Positions 20,201 to 28,849 of a DNA stretch of 64,000 nt are shown in pieces (positions within the stretch are counted from its first letter, which is position 1; each line of letters opens with the position of its first letter). The position numbers and the translations under genes were made by a program. The stretch comes from Clostridia bacterium (GTDB lineage: Bacteria; Bacillota; Clostridia; TANB77; CAG-465), in the NCBI GenBank assembly GCA_036635835.1, contig JAVWPP010000001.1, positions 1,946-65,945 of the forward strand, given 5' to 3'. Below the pieces are notes generated by a model. That model was not told the DNA's origin. It did not search any database and was given only the letters and a program-made list of their open reading frames with translations.

Positions 20201-20552
20201 TTTTCTTATCTATTATACTTCCTTTATAATTTAGATATTTATCTTCGTTTGTATATATGTCAAAAATCATTGCTACTATGTGCTCGCATATTTTCTTTTC
20301 TGTATCGAAATACTGACAATCGCATGAATAGTCTATTTTATCTGAATCTTTATCTATTTTCACTATGTATTTATTAGCTGAATCTACTATTGATATGGCA
20401 GTATATTTACTTTGTGAATATTTTATGAATTCTCCTGTACTTACTTTTCCTTTTTCGTATAGTTTCATTCCTCTTCCACTAACTTTATCTTCTGCTCTTC
20501 TTAATAGCATATTCATTTCTACTTGATCTAGTAACATTATATTATCCCTCAC
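17271..20552 (-). CDS. SWIM-finger SNF2-family helicase/ATPase
   Basis: CDC...CEH SWIM finger, LRNYQ..G..WL, GGILADDMGLGKT, DEAQ, LTGTPMEN, QATDRAYRIGQ. Confidence 0.95.
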   Translation of the reverse strand: MRDNIMLLDQVEMNMLLRRAEDKVSGRGMKLYEKGKVSTGEFIKYSQSKYTAISIVDSANKYIVKIDKDSDKIDYSCDCQYFDTEKKICEHIVAMIFDIYTNEDKYLNYKGSIIDKKKSISLTGKRDTNLVMDFISYYETMELQKLDNKSKYNHVRITPKVKISGKNFSVSFKLGTEKEYILKDIYKFSEALKNKECVKYGKDLEFIHIKEAFEKDSLQLMKFIDKKATEYNELIDVYNSQGSVRGKINLVYSALDEFFEIAKDMEIEVEETDAEKTEEVKFIKFLEQDPVLKFVVSQNDKKLEITHNYMEYKIYKGQNSIYILKDYVLYKCSDEFKNAVIPAINSFRMSKKEVMKITKDRISSFCGYVLPILNEKAEVIYDEKIVEGFLPEKLAVKVFLDLDKYNNIIAEIKFCYGDIEFNPYSDLSKVECNRNSIEELKVRNIFKQHGFSVNYEKQYIYLKEESDIYNFIKEGIEDFMAKFEVLITEKLKNRQIISTKKISMGVRIENNLLSVSVEDLGLTEAEIKQIFKLYKMKKKYFRLKDGSFLNFESAGISALVDLSDTLGVNEKELVDGKIQVEKYRALSLDNFIKENDSIDITRDETFKNVIKDVTSIKDEQFKEPKCIEGVLRNYQKTGFNWLKTLDKCGFGGILADDMGLGKTIQIISLLIDEKQHDKQTSIVVCPSSLYINWKKEINKFAPYIDILVVSGNAKNRSELIKTSLNYDVVITSYDLLKRDIEEYEKVNFKYCIADEAQYIKNNNTQNAKALKRINSSVRFALTGTPMENSLSELWSIFDFVMPGYLYGYRKFRDIYEQPIVKDNDTYSMTKLKKMVSPFILRRMKKDVLSELPEKTESVLYNEMNEKQTALYKAHLAGVRKEVNEELKDENKSGNKIKILSMITRLRQLCCHPSLFIDDYDGESEKLNQCLEIIVEGANSGHKILLFSQFTSMFPIIEKNLKEKNINFLTLTGQTKVDERIEMVEEFNRSKELSVFLISLKAGGTGLNLTGADMVIHYDPWWNVSAQNQATDRAYRIGQKNNVQVFKLITQNSIEEKIQQLQEKKNDLSTSIIKEGETFINKMSRSEILELFDI

Positions 20553-20650
20553 TCATTCACTTCTATCTATTCTACCATACTTTACGATGTTTTTCCATAC
20601 TTTTTGACATAAAAAAGACAAGAATAGCTTAAAACTCTTGTCTTTTCTTA

Positions 20651-21631
20651 TTATTTTTCGTTATCTATATATTCTAAAATTCTAGTTGGTAGTTTTTTTG
20701 TTATTTCACTTACTGTATCTCCTCTATTTATTCTGTCTACAGCTTCTGCAAAAAGTGGTGCTGCAGATACTATTCTGAACTTTTTCTGGTCTTTAATAAG
20801 TGGATTATTTATTGTATCTGTAGTCATTACAAATTCTATTTCACTGTTATTTATTTTATCTAAACCTTTTTGACTTAATAAAGCATGAGATAGGCAAGCA
20901 AATACTTGTTTTGCGCCATGCTTTTTAAGCATTCTGCACATATCTACTAAAGTTCCACCAGATATAGAAAAATCGTCTACGATTACTACGTTTTTATCTT
21001 TAACATCTCCAATTAACTGAAGTATTTCAGCGTTTTCGTCATGTCCTTTTCTAGATTTGTCTCCAATTACTACATCTACGCCTAATTTATCTGCAAAAAG
21101 TCTAGCTTGCTTTGCATATCCTGCGTCTGGTGAAGCTATTACGAAATTATCTAGTTTCATATGAGTTATATATTCTGCTAAAAGTGGCATTGCAAATAGA
21201 TTATCTACTTGTCTTTTAAAGAAACCTTGTATTTGTGGACTGTGTAAATCCATAGTTATAACATGATCTGCACCTGCAAGTTCCATGCATTCTGCACAAA
21301 CTCTTGCTCTTATAGATGTTCTAGGTTCATCTTTTTTATCTCCCTTAGCATAGCTAAAGTATGGCATAACTACAGTTACGCTTCTTGCACTAGATCTTTG
21401 AAGTGCGTCTAGCCAAAATAATATTTCAACTAAATCATCATTTGGTGTAAGTCCCATTGGCTGTACAATATATACATCTTTTTGCCTTACTGTTTCATTA
21501 ACTTTTACAAAAATATTTCCTTCTGAAAATTTAAATACCTCAGAACTTCCTAATGTTATTCCTAAATATTCGCACATCTTTTCTGCAAATTCCTTGCCAG
21601 AACTTCCAGCGAAAACTTTATATTCTCTCAT
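20651..21631 (-). CDS. prs: Ribose-phosphate pyrophosphokinase
   Basis: FSEGN, PYFSYAKGDK, DLHSPQIQGFF, SPDAG, VDDFSISGGT; GGAGAG RBS before ATG at 21631. Confidence 0.92.
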   Translation of the reverse strand: MREYKVFAGSSGKEFAEKMCEYLGITLGSSEVFKFSEGNIFVKVNETVRQKDVYIVQPMGLTPNDDLVEILFWLDALQRSSARSVTVVMPYFSYAKGDKKDEPRTSIRARVCAECMELAGADHVITMDLHSPQIQGFFKRQVDNLFAMPLLAEYITHMKLDNFVIASPDAGYAKQARLFADKLGVDVVIGDKSRKGHDENAEILQLIGDVKDKNVVIVDDFSISGGTLVDMCRMLKKHGAKQVFACLSHALLSQKGLDKINNSEIEFVMTTDTINNPLIKDQKKFRIVSAAPLFAEAVDRINRGDTVSEITKKLPTRILEYIDNEK

Positions 21632-21657
21632 TATTAATCTCTCCAATTCTTAAAATA

Positions 21658-21733
21658 TGGGGCTTTCAACCAGAATCGAACTGGTGACCTTTTGCTTACC
21701 ATGCAAATGCTCTACCTACTGAGCTATGAAAGC
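21658..21733 (-). tRNA. tRNA-Thr (GGT), 76 nt, CCA encoded
   Basis: Acceptor GCTTTCA/TGAAAGC, D-arm GCTC/GAGC, anticodon stem TTTGC/GCAAA with loop ATGGTAA, T-loop GTTCGATTC. Confidence 0.96.
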
Positions 21734-21750
21734 GGCACATTTACATTATA

Positions 21751-22707
21751 CTACTCTATAACTAATTTTTCAACGTTTTCACACGCTGTATCTACTATTT
21801 TGAATACTTTTGTTATTAAATCTAAATCTTTTTCTGCTTTTTCTTCATCAACTAGTTCTTTTTTAGAATAAAAGTCTAAAAACTCTGGGTGTTTGAATGA
21901 AATGTACATATTAGAACCTTCTATAGACATTTCAATTTTTACGTTTAATGCCTTGGTTATATCTAAAATATCTGACATGTTAGCTGGTGTAAGCATTCTT
22001 CTTACATTTATTTGATCGTTTGAATATACGTCGTAAACCTCCTCAAACTGAGGTGAATCTAAATTCACTTTCTGATTTTTATCTACTAATTTTCTTGAAA
22101 AACTGTCTATCGCGCTTTCATTGCTTATTATTTTTATGGTTCCTGGGTACGCTTTTGTTAAATTTGCATGTACAAATACGCCTTTAAAAACCGAAATATA
22201 TCTAATTTTGCCGTGTGAATTTTTATAGTTTTGCTCTTTTTGTAGTGTTATTTGAGACATTTCAATGCCGTATCTACAGTTGTTTTTAGACAAATTTGCT
22301 GCTACGTAATCTTCTCCTAAGTATTTATCGTAAGGTATTTTTAAAGACGAAGAATCGTATATAGAGGGCATTACGTATACATCTGGGGAATATATAATGT
22401 GCGGACTTACTCGCTTTAAAAGAGTAGGTACCACTTTTGTTTTATACATTTTTAAAAAACGTATCAGCTCATTTTGTCTTAAAAACATAAGTAATCCTTC
22501 TACAGCTATCAGCGGGAATACAAGTTGAAAAATCATCACAGGTACATTTCCTGAGTATTTATATGTAAACATAAGCATAATGCAGCAAAGGACTATAGCT
22601 GCTGCTACAAAAGATATATCATACATTTTCAACTTTTTTTGAGATTTTGTTAGACTATCTCTTTCTGCTATTTCTAAATTTTCTAGTAGGTCAAATTTTA
22701 AACTCAT
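21751..22707 (-). CDS. DUF3137-like membrane protein (LemA partner)
   Basis: Two TM helices; GED, VFKG.F, KVNLDSPQFEEVYDVYSNDQI..R.MLTP..M. Confidence 0.8.
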   Translation of the reverse strand: MSLKFDLLENLEIAERDSLTKSQKKLKMYDISFVAAAIVLCCIMLMFTYKYSGNVPVMIFQLVFPLIAVEGLLMFLRQNELIRFLKMYKTKVVPTLLKRVSPHIIYSPDVYVMPSIYDSSSLKIPYDKYLGEDYVAANLSKNNCRYGIEMSQITLQKEQNYKNSHGKIRYISVFKGVFVHANLTKAYPGTIKIISNESAIDSFSRKLVDKNQKVNLDSPQFEEVYDVYSNDQINVRRMLTPANMSDILDITKALNVKIEMSIEGSNMYISFKHPEFLDFYSKKELVDEEKAEKDLDLITKVFKIVDTACENVEKLVIE

Positions 22708-22716
22708 AATTTCTCC

Positions 22717-23250
22717 TTACATTTTAACATTTATTTTTTGTTTTTCTTCTTCTAAAACTTCATATAATTTTAACTGTTCTAACTTAAATACTTTGGCAAT
22801 TAAATTATATGGTATTTGCTGCACTTTTGTGTTGTATTCTGTAACTGAAGTATTATAGAATCTCCTTGCAGCTTGTAGCTCATCTTCTAAACTTTCTAGC
22901 TGCTTTTGTAGTGTTATAAAGGACTCTGCGGCTTTTAAGTCTGGGTATGCTTCTGCTACTAGATCTATGTTTTGGCTAAGCTGTTTGTTAAGCTTAATGT
23001 CTTTTTCTACGTCTTTTCCTGTTGTAAACTGCGCTCTTAATTTAGTAAGCAAAAGTAATGTTTTTTCCTCATGGTTTTTGTATCCTTTAACTGTTTCAAT
23101 TAAATTAGGTAACAAATCAAACCTTTTTTTAAGGTATACATCAATGCTTGCTTTAGCGTTGTTTGCATGCATTTTATAGCTTATTAGGTTGTTGTATAAA
23201 ACGACAAATACTATTAATATTATTAATACTATGAAAATTACAAGTACCAT
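22717..23250 (-). CDS. lemA: LemA family protein
   Basis: YNNL, IDVYLKKRFDLLPNLIETVKGY, EAYPDLKA, ARRFYN. Confidence 0.95.
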   Translation of the reverse strand: MVLVIFIVLIILIVFVVLYNNLISYKMHANNAKASIDVYLKKRFDLLPNLIETVKGYKNHEEKTLLLLTKLRAQFTTGKDVEKDIKLNKQLSQNIDLVAEAYPDLKAAESFITLQKQLESLEDELQAARRFYNTSVTEYNTKVQQIPYNLIAKVFKLEQLKLYEVLEEEKQKINVKM

Positions 23251-23312
23251 ATTTCCACTCCCTTTTTATAGCTTTATATTACATTAAATTTAACATAATG
23301 TCAACATATTAA

Positions 23313-23341
23313 TTGACTATTGTTGCTTAATATATTATAAT
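23313..23341 (+). promoter_or_regulatory. Sigma-A promoter for the pentapeptide/Nudix pair
   Basis: TTGACT-17 nt-TATAAT, divergent from lemA. Confidence 0.75.
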
Positions 23342-23356
23342 AATTTTGGTGATAGA

Positions 23357-23986
23357 ATGAATAATGAACTTACTTTATTAGAGAATTTAGATGAGTATTT
23401 TAAAGATATAGATTATGCAGAAAATGCTAAAATTCTTAATGAAGATATATATAATTTGAATGTTAGTAATTTAGAGCTTATTAACTGCGATGTTAACTCA
23501 ACAAAATTTATAAGCTGTAATTTCGAAAAAGGGTTTTTTAAGGACTGCGTTTTTACAGCTTGTGATTTGTCTGCAACGGATTTTAATAATTCTTCTTTTA
23601 AAAACGTAGTATTTAGTGGATGTAAATTAAATAATAGTCTCCTTAGAAATAGCTTTTTTGATAATGTTTCGTTCGATGGCTGTGTTTGCAAGGAAATTGA
23701 CCTATACAACAGCAAATTTAAAAATACAAATATAACTAGCAGCGATTTCTCGTATTCCATTATTTCAGACAGCAAGCTTTCTAATTTAAAAGTAATAGAT
23801 ACAAATTTAATGCTAGCTAACTTTTCTAAATCTAGCTTAAAAGGAATATCTTTTTCTACATGCAATATAGACGGGATAATTGTTTACCAAAACGATTTAA
23901 AGGGTGCTATATTTTCCACAGATCAGGCGCTTACATTTGTAAAGCTACTTGGAATAACTATAAAAGATATACCTTCAAATATATAG
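23357..23986 (+). CDS. Pentapeptide-repeat protein
   Basis: Runs of CDLSA/TDFNN/SSFKN/VVFSG-type pentapeptides; C-terminal LKGAI..TDQA....LLGI. Confidence 0.9.
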   Translation: MNNELTLLENLDEYFKDIDYAENAKILNEDIYNLNVSNLELINCDVNSTKFISCNFEKGFFKDCVFTACDLSATDFNNSSFKNVVFSGCKLNNSLLRNSFFDNVSFDGCVCKEIDLYNSKFKNTNITSSDFSYSIISDSKLSNLKVIDTNLMLANFSKSSLKGISFSTCNIDGIIVYQNDLKGAIFSTDQALTFVKLLGITIKDIPSNI

Positions 23987-24005
23987 GGGGAAAAAGGAGA
24001 AAAAT

Positions 24006-24584
24006 ATGGATAAAATAATTAAAATAAAAACGGGTGAAATACATAAGGATAAGCAAAACTGCGTATTTGTTTCTGTTCTATGTAAAGATGCAATGCCCTT
24101 TATAAATCTTAAAGAGCAAAAGAAAAATAGAGACAAAAACATGAAGATACCAATGGTTCTAATGCAGTTTAGATGGGATGGTAAGATTGGTTTTCCAGGT
24201 GGCAAAGTAGATGACTTAGATAAAGAAAATGGTATAGTTACAAAAGAAACTTTAATTAAATCTTTAGTCCGTGAAATGGAAGAAGAGCTTAATTTAGATA
24301 CTTCTACAGTAGATATCTCTAAGTTTAAACCGCTTTGCACCTTTTTAATGAAAAATAACTGCATACATAATTTCATATATGAGGTTTCTTTTGATGAATT
24401 AAAGAAAATATATAGAGATACTGTAGATGTAGATAATATTTTAAGTGAAAACTGTGGCTCTATTGTGCTACATTTAAAAGAATATTCTACTGACAAAGGT
24501 TTAGCAGCGATACGTTCTCACAAATACTGCGCTACAGCGCTTTTAGAGCTAGAAGAAGTTTTAAAATATCTAGAAATATGCTAG
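24006..24584 (+). CDS. Nudix hydrolase, NUDT16-like
   Basis: VLMQFRWDGKIGFPGGKVD...LVREMEEELN; AAGGAG RBS. Confidence 0.8.
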   Translation: MDKIIKIKTGEIHKDKQNCVFVSVLCKDAMPFINLKEQKKNRDKNMKIPMVLMQFRWDGKIGFPGGKVDDLDKENGIVTKETLIKSLVREMEEELNLDTSTVDISKFKPLCTFLMKNNCIHNFIYEVSFDELKKIYRDTVDVDNILSENCGSIVLHLKEYSTDKGLAAIRSHKYCATALLELEEVLKYLEIC

Positions 24585-24611
24585 GTTATGCACGTTTTTT
24601 TAAGAGTTATG

Positions 24612-24640
24612 TTGACTTTATACTTTTTTTTTGATATAAT
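24612..24640 (+). promoter_or_regulatory. Sigma-A promoter with T9 tract in the spacer
   Basis: TTGACT-17 nt-TATAAT with extended TG; T9 at 24624-24632. Confidence 0.75.
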
Positions 24641-24690
24641 TGTTGTTAGATAATAATTAAATACTCTACAAAATTTTGAGGAGTGATTAT

Positions 24691-25164
24691 ATGTTAAGAA
24701 AATTATTTTTATCAAGTGTTTGTATGATACCAGATTCTCAAGTTAGAAAAGTATATAAACTACCTCTTAGTTTCTTCGAGGATGCCTTTAAAAACGGATA
24801 TGTAGCTTTAGTAGATACTAAACTCATAGAAGGACTGAAAGAGCCCTTAGCTATAATTTTTGAAGACAATATCTCTATTGCGTTTGCAATAAATATAGAA
24901 GATTATATAGCAGATCTAGAACCTTATTTTGAAAATAATCATTTTTTATTAACTCAGTTAAATAAGATGCAGAAAAATAATACTTTTGAAAACTTTTTAG
25001 ATTTACTTTTAAATTATTCTAAAGTATTATGTGGTACAAAAGACTATAAAGCAGTTAGTAAAATATCTTATGATTTTTACAATAAAGTTATAGAATACGT
25101 GCCAGTTGACGGTTTAAGAAGCCTATTATATGCAGGTTTTGTCACAAAGTTTAACAGCATATAA
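24691..25164 (+). CDS. Hypothetical protein
   Basis: GAGGAG RBS before ATG at 24691; own promoter and terminator; no family recognised. Confidence 0.75.
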   Translation: MLRKLFLSSVCMIPDSQVRKVYKLPLSFFEDAFKNGYVALVDTKLIEGLKEPLAIIFEDNISIAFAINIEDYIADLEPYFENNHFLLTQLNKMQKNNTFENFLDLLLNYSKVLCGTKDYKAVSKISYDFYNKVIEYVPVDGLRSLLYAGFVTKFNSI

Positions 25165-25167
25165 AAC

Positions 25168-25201
25168 AAAAACTACTAAGTTTATTAACTTAGTAGTTTT
25201 T
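25168..25201. terminator. Bidirectional intrinsic terminator
   Basis: AAAACTACTAAGTT-tatt-AACTTAGTAGTTTT between convergent genes. Confidence 0.8.
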
Positions 25202-25213
25202 TCTTTTATTATT

Positions 25214-25253
25214 TTTTATTTTATTTTATTTTATTTTATTTTATTTTATTTTA
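25214..25253. repeat. (TTTTA)8 simple sequence repeat
   Basis: Eight perfect pentamer copies read directly from the sequence. Confidence 0.9.
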
Positions 25254-25312
25254 TCTATTGTTTATTCCATAAAAATATTTATCTTTGCCATTCATTTGTT
25301 TTATATGTTTTC

Positions 25313-27418
25313 CTAATATGAAAACCCTTGGCTAAGTATATTTTCATCTTTTTCTTTTAAAATATTAGAAGTAGAAATTTTAAAATACTCCTCGAATATT
25401 GGCTTAACAACGTTTGCAGTATATGAACCTTCTGCTCCATGCTCAATTATAGCAACAACAGCAATCTTTGGATTATCATAAGGCGCAAAGCCAACAAACA
25501 GCCCATTATCTGAGCCTGAAGTTACCTGAGAAGTACCAGTTTTACCTGCAACCTCTAGCCCTGTTCCTTTAAATACAATGTAAGATGTTCCGCCTTTTTC
25601 TGACGTAACAGACTTCATGCCAGCTTTAATTGCATTTACATACTCAGGCTTAATTTGTAGATTTTTATCGTCCACTTTAACTCCAGAAATCTCATACTTC
25701 AACTCTTCATATTCTTTTTGAGTTATCTTAACGCCTTCGCCATCTTCTACATTTTTAACAACGTGCACATTTGCTTTTTTTCCACCAGATGAAAGCGTAG
25801 CAATGTAATTTGCCATCTGTAGCGGCGTAAATGCGCTTACAGACTGCCCAATAGATGCAGAGAGTGTATCTCCTATGTACCAGCCATTTCCTTTGCCAGA
25901 TGGGCCAGGCATAACGCCTTTAGCTTCTCCGTAAAACTCAATACCTGTTTTTGCCCCAAGTCCAAATTTTTTAGTGTACTCTACAATTGTATCTATACCT
26001 GTTCTTTTACCTATTTCATAGAAATAGCAATTGCAAGAACCTTTTATGGCGTCTGATAAATTAACAAAGCCGTGGGTTTGCTTGCCATACTCATATAGCC
26101 AGCACCTTGGTCTATGCGCAAATGGATATATGCCTGTGTCTTCTATTTTTTCATCTACAGTTACTTTACCTGTTTCAAGAGCTGCAAGTCCTACTAGCAT
26201 CTTGTATGTAGATGCAGGAGAATATGTACCTGTAATTGCTCTATTAAACATTGGCCTTGTTGGGTTTCCGTTTATTGCATTCCAGTCCTTTGTAGATATT
26301 CCGTTTACAAATAGATTAGGATCAAAAGTTGGATAGCTTGCCATAGCTAAAACTTCTCTTGTTTCTACGTCTAAAACAACAACAGCGCCTGCATTTGCAT
26401 CTCTATATGTTTTAGAATATCCTCCGTTTGCAATATTTAAAATAGTTTCTTTAAGCGCTTTTTCAGCCACTTGCTGAAGCCTGTTATCTATAGTTAGTGT
26501 AACATTATCTCCAGATTTAACTTCTTTTGAAATGATTTCAGAACTAACTCCACCTGCTGAGTTTACTTCCATTCTTTTTATGCCGTCTTCTCCTTTTAAA
26601 AGAGATTCAAAAGAAAGCTCGATACCTGTTTTACCAATCATGCTATTTGCAGTGTATCCTTTATTTTTATTTTTTTTATATTCTGCCTCGTTTATTGTAG
26701 ATACATAACCTAAAATATGCGATGCCATTTCGCTATATGGATATACTCTCTTTGCAGTTGTAATTATGCTTATACCAGGCATAGTTCTTTTCATTTCCTC
26801 GATTTGAGCTACTGAGTTTTCTGAAATATCCTGCGCTATTTTGGCAGATTTAAAATATGAATAACCTTGTATTCCAGCTGTATATCTAAGCGCTATAACT
26901 TTTTTCTCATGCTCTATGTCTTGCATAGAAAGCTTATATAGTTTTCTAAAAGCGTCGTATACCTCTTCTACAGCAGCATTTTCCGGTATTTTAAAATCCT
27001 TTTTCCAGCTTATTTCAGCTTCTTTAGAGGTAAATGTAAACACATCGTTTTCTATAGGGAAGGTATTTAATACTTTATCTTTGTTTGCTTCTGTTATGCG
27101 TATTATTCTTGAAATAGTATCGTTAATATTAGTTTCTCCTACTGCTACTTTATATATTTCAACATCGAAAGAAAGCTTGTTAGAAGCAAGTAAGATACCG
27201 TTTCTATCGTATATTTCGCCTCTTGGAGCCTCAACTGTTTCTTGCCTTAGTATTCTTTTAGAAGAATTTTCTCTATATTCTTTACCGTTTATAATTTGCA
27301 TGTTAAATAAAGAGCTTAGCAATATTAGCGTGCATATTATTATAACTGCATACAAAACTAAAAATCTATCTTCTAATTTTTCATATATATATATTAAAGC
27401 TCCTGCTACTTTATTCAA
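25313..27418 (-). CDS. mrdA: Penicillin-binding protein 2 (class B, elongasome)
   Basis: APRGEIYDRNG, PASTYK, SCN, GKTGT; follows mreD. Confidence 0.93.
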   Translation of the reverse strand: MNKVAGALIYIYEKLEDRFLVLYAVIIICTLILLSSLFNMQIINGKEYRENSSKRILRQETVEAPRGEIYDRNGILLASNKLSFDVEIYKVAVGETNINDTISRIIRITEANKDKVLNTFPIENDVFTFTSKEAEISWKKDFKIPENAAVEEVYDAFRKLYKLSMQDIEHEKKVIALRYTAGIQGYSYFKSAKIAQDISENSVAQIEEMKRTMPGISIITTAKRVYPYSEMASHILGYVSTINEAEYKKNKNKGYTANSMIGKTGIELSFESLLKGEDGIKRMEVNSAGGVSSEIISKEVKSGDNVTLTIDNRLQQVAEKALKETILNIANGGYSKTYRDANAGAVVVLDVETREVLAMASYPTFDPNLFVNGISTKDWNAINGNPTRPMFNRAITGTYSPASTYKMLVGLAALETGKVTVDEKIEDTGIYPFAHRPRCWLYEYGKQTHGFVNLSDAIKGSCNCYFYEIGKRTGIDTIVEYTKKFGLGAKTGIEFYGEAKGVMPGPSGKGNGWYIGDTLSASIGQSVSAFTPLQMANYIATLSSGGKKANVHVVKNVEDGEGVKITQKEYEELKYEISGVKVDDKNLQIKPEYVNAIKAGMKSVTSEKGGTSYIVFKGTGLEVAGKTGTSQVTSGSDNGLFVGFAPYDNPKIAVVAIIEHGAEGSYTANVVKPIFEEYFKISTSNILKEKDENILSQGFSY

Positions 27419-27421
27419 ACT

Positions 27422-27943
27422 CTACCACCTATCTTCTAAAGCTAATACTTCATCTATTTTGTAACTTATATATACTACTGCATAATATGCTATATATGCT
27501 ATTATACAGTTCATTATAGTAGCTATACCTACTGTTTTTATTATTGTGAATATTCCTGCAAATACTTTAATTGTTGCTGCTGTCCAAAGAAAATTAAATA
27601 TCTCAAATATTACTGATGTATATGCTACAACGTATATAAGAGCTGCTTTATTTTCTTTTTTATATATTTGATTTATAAGACCAATAACTATTCCAATTAA
27701 AGTATATGCTACTATGTATTTTCCGCCAGAAGGCTCAAACAAACTGTTTGCTATTATTCCATTAATTAAACCATATATTCCGCCAACAAAAATTCCATAC
27801 CATAGACCAATTGCAACTGTAAGAACAAGAAGTAAGTTAGCTCTTACACCAAATATACATATTTCGTTAAAAATATTTGCTTGTAATATTACTGAAACTA
27901 TTATACAAAGCACAATAAACACGGTTCCTACTACTTTTTTCAC
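27422..27943 (-). CDS. mreD: Rod shape-determining protein MreD
   Basis: Multi-TM; GVRANLLL; lies between mreC and mrdA. Confidence 0.85.
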   Translation of the reverse strand: MKKVVGTVFIVLCIIVSVILQANIFNEICIFGVRANLLLVLTVAIGLWYGIFVGGIYGLINGIIANSLFEPSGGKYIVAYTLIGIVIGLINQIYKKENKAALIYVVAYTSVIFEIFNFLWTAATIKVFAGIFTIIKTVGIATIMNCIIAYIAYYAVVYISYKIDEVLALEDRW

Positions 27944-27951
27944 TACATCAC

Positions 27952-28773
27952 CTACTCTATTATTACGGCTATTTCATTTATAGCCATTATATCTGAAAAT
28001 GTTTCAACTATTGCATATCTATTTATCTGATTTTTACTATTTTTTACGTCTATTATTTTTCCAACAGGCAGTCCTTTTGGATATATTTCGCTAATTCCAG
28101 ATGTATATACAACATCTCCAGGAGATATTTCTGCATCTATTGGAATGTATATTAGTTTTAATTTATTTGCGCCTTTTAAAGAATATTCTCCTTTGCATAC
28201 TGCTGCTTGACTAATTGAGCTAATCTCAACGCTAATGCTTGAAGAAGAGTCTAGTACAGTTAATACTTTACTAGTTGAATTATCTACTGATATAATCTGA
28301 CCTACTACGCCATCTTTACCTATTACAGACATTCCTACTTTAATTCCATCTTTTGCACCAACATTAATCATAAAAGACTCATTCCAGTTACTTTGATTTC
28401 TTAAAATAACTTCTCCTACCACCATTTTAAAATATTTATATTCTTCTTTTATCTCAAGTTTTTTTCTTAACGTGTTATTTTCCGTTTCTAACTTTTTCAT
28501 TTCTATGTTGTTTAACTTTAATTTTGCATTTTCTTTTTCTAGTTTAGATATTTTTTCTACTAATTTTTTCTTAGATTTAAATGATCTAAATATATTTGTT
28601 GTACTTTTAGCACTGCTTGAAAATGTCTTATTGAAGCTACCTGCAATAGATGAAAAAAGTCCCCCGTTACTGCTACTTGTTACTGATATGCCTATAATTA
28701 TTAGAACTATAACTACTATTGCTACAATGAATACTACTTTACTTTTATTATCTTTTTTATTAAATCTTAGCAT
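27952..28773 (-). CDS. mreC: Rod shape-determining protein MreC
   Basis: TM + coiled coil, INVG.KDGI..GM.V, GDVVYTSG...IYPKGLPVG. Confidence 0.93.
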   Translation of the reverse strand: MLRFNKKDNKSKVVFIVAIVVIVLIIIGISVTSSSNGGLFSSIAGSFNKTFSSSAKSTTNIFRSFKSKKKLVEKISKLEKENAKLKLNNIEMKKLETENNTLRKKLEIKEEYKYFKMVVGEVILRNQSNWNESFMINVGAKDGIKVGMSVIGKDGVVGQIISVDNSTSKVLTVLDSSSSISVEISSISQAAVCKGEYSLKGANKLKLIYIPIDAEISPGDVVYTSGISEIYPKGLPVGKIIDVKNSKNQINRYAIVETFSDIMAINEIAVIIE

Positions 28774-28849
28774 ATTTCTCCTTTAAAAAATGTGGTATAA
28801 TTTTGAGATAATTATACCACACCTATACTAAATAGTCTACTTTATGAGC

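Noticed and set aside
23413..24496. Minus-strand ORFs 23413..23865 and 23975..24496
   Set aside because: Antisense shadows of the pentapeptide and Nudix genes.
25130..25321. 63-aa ORF with FYFILFYFILF repeats
   Set aside because: Translation of the (TTTTA)8 tract and terminator; not a credible gene.
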